Shown piece after piece: positions 60,976 through 64,000 of a stretch of 64,000 nt of DNA. Source of the DNA: Solirubrobacterales bacterium (GTDB lineage Bacteria; Actinomycetota; Thermoleophilia; Solirubrobacterales; 70-9); assembly GCA_038206985.1 (NCBI GenBank), contig JBBRAH010000010.1:8908-72907 (forward strand). The letters are read 5' to 3'. Under the pieces are notes generated by a model. The model ran no database searches. It was not told the origin of the DNA and saw only the letters and a program-made list of their open reading frames with translations. The position numbers were made by a program, and so were the translations under genes. How positions within the stretch are numbered: position 1 is the stretch's first letter; every line of letters begins with the position of its first letter.

Positions 60976-61128
60976 GCCGGCTCCTCGCGGTCACCCGCCG
61001 ACCACGGGGCTCGGCGCCTCGATGCGCGAAAAACGCCCAGTTTGCGCCGTCGTTTGTGCCATGCCCCGCGTGACGTCTGCCACGAGCCATACATTCCGGT
61101 CCGCAAGTTCCAACTACTCGGGAGGATC

Positions 61129-61332
61129 ATGGAACACGTGCAGACCGACTCGCCCACAGCGGTGCCCTTCGATCAGGCCGGGGAGCCCGACGCGATTCTG
61201 CCGCGCCGACTGAGCCGCCTCGACGGCCGTGAGATCACACCGGCGCCGAGCACCGTGCGCTTTGCCCAGGCCCTCGCCTTCGACGACAGCTGGTCGGCAA
61301 TCTCCGAAGTCCGCAAGCGCCCGCTTCTGTAG
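61129..61332 (+). CDS. Small hypothetical protein (67 aa)
   Basis: A GGGAGG Shine-Dalgarno lies 5 nt upstream of ATG at 61129. No family recognised, and it could be non-coding. Confidence 0.35.
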   Translation: MEHVQTDSPTAVPFDQAGEPDAILPRRLSRLDGREITPAPSTVRFAQALAFDDSWSAISEVRKRPLL

Positions 61333-61360
61333 AAGTCGCCCGGGGACAACCCGGCGCCTC

Positions 61361-63517
61361 CTACCAGTGGACGCCGCGCATCAGGTTCGCGAAGAGGATC
61401 TGACGGGCGGTTGCCTGCTCGTCCTCCGGGTAGACCTGGGGCTCGCTGCCTGGGCCCTCGGGAGCGGAGCCGGCGGGCTTCTTCTTGCCCTTCTTGGCCG
61501 CGGTCGAGTCGGGGAACATGTGGTAGGCGCTGTTGAGGATGTAGTCCATCGACTTGGGGTTGATCGCGTAGAGGATCTGCCCCATCGTGCCGACCGGGGT
61601 CGCGATCCGCTTCGGGTGGTAGACGATCGCGTCGCAGAGCATGCCCGCTGCCTCGTCCGGGGTGATCGTCGGGAACTTGTCGTACATCTTGGTCGGCGCG
61701 ATCATCGGTGTGCGCACGAGCGGCATGTGGATCGTGGTGACGTGGACGCCATCGTCGACGATCTCGGAAGCGATGCAGCGCGAGAACGCATCGAGGGCCG
61801 ACTTCGAGGCGACGTAGGCCGAGAAGCGCGGCATGTTGGTCTGCACCCCGATCGAGCTGACGTTGATGATCTGGCCCGAGCGGCGCTCACGCATGGTCGG
61901 CAGCAGACGCAGGATCGTGCGCACCGGGCCAAAGTAGTTGAGCTGCATCGTCCGCTCGAAATCGTGGAAGCGATCGTAGGCGAGCGCGATCGAGCGCCGG
62001 ATCGAGCGCCCCGCGTTGTTGATCAGGATGTCCACGTGACCGTGCTGGGCGAGCGCCTCCTCGCACATCCGGTCGATGTCGTCCATGTCGGAGAGGTCGC
62101 AGCGGTGGATGTGCGCCTCGCCGCCGCCGTCGGCGATCAGCGCCCGCGTCTCCTCCAGCTTCTCGGGGGTGCGCGCGACCAGCAGGACGACGCCACCGGC
62201 CTCGGCGATCTTCATCGCGGTCGCCTTGCCGATCCCGGAGGAGGCGCCGGTGACCATCACGATCTTGCCGTCAACCGCCTTTGTCAGCGTGTCATTGCCG
62301 AGCAGCCGGCGGCCGAAGCGCATGATCTCGTCGGGAACCTGCTGCTCGATGATCTGGCTCAGCCCGCCGATCACTCCGGCGCGGCCCTTCACGGCGCCCA
62401 TCAAGGTCCGGTCGCGGTACAGGTCGGGATCCAGGTGCCGGGCCCAGTAGTCCCAGAGCTTGCCCGCGTAGGCCTCGAGTGGCGGCACGGTGATCCCGGT
62501 GCCCTCGAGTGCCGCCTGCGTACCACGCGAGTCGAAGTGGGTCGGGTAATGGAGGTAGATCAGCACCTCGCGGGGAACCCCGAAGTCCGCCAGCACGCGG
62601 TCGGCGACCGTGTTCGCAAACGGCAAAGCTGAGAGCCCGAGCCCGATCAGCGGCTCCAGCGACTCGGTCATCTCGGGTGGCGCGTGCAGGGAAGCCTCGG
62701 GGGCGTGCGCGGCGCGCGCGAAGATGTCGATCACCTCGCCGGCGGTCGGCGGGTTCGGGTCGGTGAGACTGAAGGCACGGCCGTCGAGCCCATCGAGGTG
62801 GGCGATGTGGTCCATCGCCTGGGTGACGAAGTCGACGGGGACGATGTTGATCTCGCGGCCCTCGACCCCCGGCATCGGCATCCAGGCGGGGACCGCCTGC
62901 CGGATCCGGCGGATCAGCTTGAAGAAGTAGTAGGGGCCGTCGATCTTGTCCATCTCGCCGGTCTCGGAGTGGCCGACGACCACGCCCGGCCGGTACACGC
63001 GCCAGGGCACGGTGGACTGCTCGCGCACGACGCGCTCGGACTCGTGCTTGGTCTCGAAGTAGGGGTTGTTGTCGACGTTCTGGGCCTCGTCGAACATGTC
63101 CTCGCGCCAGGTCCCCTCATAGAGGCCCGCCGCGGCGATCGAGCTGACGATGTGGAAGCGTTCGGCCTCGATCGCCTCGGCAAGCTGGACCGCGTGGCGG
63201 GTGCCCTCGACGTTGGCGATCCGCTGCGACTCAGCATCGGCCTTGAGGTCGTAGATCGCGGCCAGGTGGAAGAAGTGCTGAACCTCGCCCTTGAGGCGCG
63301 CGAGGTCGTCGGCACAGACGCCGAGGTTGCGCTGCGAGAGGTCGCCAACGACCGGCAGGATGCGATCTTCGGGCGCACCCCAGCTGTTGATCAGCTCCTC
63401 GAGGCGTCCCCGGGAGCCCTCGCGAACGAGCACGTTGATGGTGCCCTCCCGCTCCAGCAGGAGCTCGACCAGGTGGCGCCCGATGAAGCCCGTTGCACCG
63501 GTGACGAAATAAGCCAT
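61361..63517 (-). CDS. Two-domain reductase: N-terminal fatty acyl-CoA reductase (NAD_binding_4 / male-sterility type) fused to a C-terminal classical SDR (AcrA1-like)
   Basis: ATG at 63517. The N-terminus is YFVTGATGFIGRHLV and YFETKHESE (YxxxK). The C-terminal domain reads VMVTGASSGIGKATA, NNAG and SAYVASKSAL. Confidence 0.85.
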   Translation of the reverse strand: MAYFVTGATGFIGRHLVELLLEREGTINVLVREGSRGRLEELINSWGAPEDRILPVVGDLSQRNLGVCADDLARLKGEVQHFFHLAAIYDLKADAESQRIANVEGTRHAVQLAEAIEAERFHIVSSIAAAGLYEGTWREDMFDEAQNVDNNPYFETKHESERVVREQSTVPWRVYRPGVVVGHSETGEMDKIDGPYYFFKLIRRIRQAVPAWMPMPGVEGREINIVPVDFVTQAMDHIAHLDGLDGRAFSLTDPNPPTAGEVIDIFARAAHAPEASLHAPPEMTESLEPLIGLGLSALPFANTVADRVLADFGVPREVLIYLHYPTHFDSRGTQAALEGTGITVPPLEAYAGKLWDYWARHLDPDLYRDRTLMGAVKGRAGVIGGLSQIIEQQVPDEIMRFGRRLLGNDTLTKAVDGKIVMVTGASSGIGKATAMKIAEAGGVVLLVARTPEKLEETRALIADGGGEAHIHRCDLSDMDDIDRMCEEALAQHGHVDILINNAGRSIRRSIALAYDRFHDFERTMQLNYFGPVRTILRLLPTMRERRSGQIINVSSIGVQTNMPRFSAYVASKSALDAFSRCIASEIVDDGVHVTTIHMPLVRTPMIAPTKMYDKFPTITPDEAAGMLCDAIVYHPKRIATPVGTMGQILYAINPKSMDYILNSAYHMFPDSTAAKKGKKKPAGSAPEGPGSEPQVYPEDEQATARQILFANLMRGVHW

Positions 63518-63570
63518 AACTCTCCTCCAGAAGTTCGGGACCGAACAAGCGGGACCGTACACTCTTTGCG

Positions 63571-63867
63571 GTGGCTCTCGGCGCCTACAGTTCAGGTGAG
63601 GACCCGGTTCGCGACAGCGGCGGCGTCAAGGTCACCGATCTCGGCTCGGATCATCGCCTGGTCCGCGACGGAGTCGAGCAACTCGCGCACGGCGCGCTCG
63701 TCTGTCCCGATTGTTCGATGCCGGTCGCAATCGGCGAGTCGGTACCGATCTCGGCCGCGCTGCGCTGCGGCTACTGCGGCACCGAGGAGCGGGCGCGCGA
63801 GTTCCTGATCCGCGACGTCTACGACACGGCCGCCAACGAGGTCCTGCTGATCGCCCGCATCGGGTAG
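63571..63867 (+). CDS. Small putative zinc-ribbon protein
   Basis: It contains CPDC...(16 aa)...CGYC, and GC3 is high in the second half. The start is uncertain. It ends 7 nt before the photolyase ATG. The competing antisense ORF 63592..63933 was judged less likely. Confidence 0.4.
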   Translation: MALGAYSSGEDPVRDSGGVKVTDLGSDHRLVRDGVEQLAHGALVCPDCSMPVAIGESVPISAALRCGYCGTEERAREFLIRDVYDTAANEVLLIARIG

Positions 63868-63874
63868 CCGCCGG

Positions 63875-64000
63875 ATGGCGCCGGCCGAGACCGCGATCGT
63901 CTGGTTCCGCCGGGACCTGCGCATGCACGACAACCCGGCGCTCGCAGCGGCCGCCGAGGCCGAGGCCGTGGTCCCTGTGTTCTGCTTCGAGGACGGCCTG
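63875..64000 (+). CDS. Deoxyribodipyrimidine photolyase/cryptochrome family, N-terminal 42 aa only (runs off the right edge)
   Basis: My translation reads MAPAETAIVWFRRDLRMHDNPALAAAAEAEAVVPVFCFEDGL, the classic photolyase N-terminus (WFRRDLR..DN.AL). Confidence 0.7.
   Translation, partial: MAPAETAIVWFRRDLRMHDNPALAAAAEAEAVVPVFCFEDGL

Noticed and set aside
1-64000. Scan for CRISPR arrays, rRNA, tRNA, insertion sequences and prophage genes
   Set aside because: I found no regularly spaced direct repeats beyond the 9-bp x3 at 41033, no rRNA- or tRNA-like sequence, and no transposase, integrase or phage structural ORFs in any frame.

Overview
Very GC-rich bacterial chromosomal segment with strong GC3 bias, so many long antisense shadow ORFs appear in the track. 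Gene content looks actinobacterial: Fe-S type APS reductase next to a ferredoxin-type sulfite reductase, a DesA3/Rv3230c-like desaturase pair, an AcrA1-like acyl-CoA reductase and a Stf0-like sulfotransferase. The taxon cannot be fixed from sequence alone. I support about 60 protein genes. I saw no rRNA, tRNA, CRISPR array, transposase or integrase. Layout: (1) 1-11.9 kb holds a Wzm/Wzt ABC-transporter-dependent glycan locus with four methyltransferase genes, several glycosyltransferases, a large polytopic membrane protein and a sulfotransferase. (2) 12-21 kb holds a degenerate HD-GYP/GNAT fusion, acyl-CoA carboxylase beta subunit, a second small glyco-gene group, a Ser/Thr kinase and dodecin. 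(3) 21.2-31.8 kb holds sulfate assimilation genes (sulfite reductase, APS reductase ... ATP sulfurylase, APS kinase), interrupted by an accessory islet carrying DUF4160/DUF2442, HIRAN, VapBC and RelE/Phd modules, followed by a Rox-like flavin monooxygenase and a Zn-peptidase lipoprotein. (4) 32-38 kb holds membrane and hydrolase genes, an Rrf2 regulator and two decaying genes: a TauE/SafE gene with two frameshifts and a 5'-truncated CocE/NonD-like remnant. (5) 38-41 kb holds an unfused ACAD10-like trio (ACAD, APH-type kinase, HAD). (6) 41-50 kb holds a GT-C-like membrane protein, DEAD-box helicase, large LuxR-type STAND regulator, PfkB kinase and citrate synthase. (7) 51.6-63.5 kb is a lipid neighbourhood with an ACAD pair, AGPS-like flavoenzyme, flippase-like membrane protein, epimerase, desaturase with its reductase, and a FAR-SDR fusion. 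A photolyase gene starts at the right edge. The most interesting candidates are the methyl- and sulfate-decorated glycan export system with a WbdD-like coiled-coil methyltransferase, the pseudo-HD-GYP/GNAT fusion, the toxin-antitoxin islet splitting the sulfur genes, and a possible ether-lipid/fatty-alcohol gene set. All family calls come from reading the translated ORFs and remembered motifs. No database search was run.
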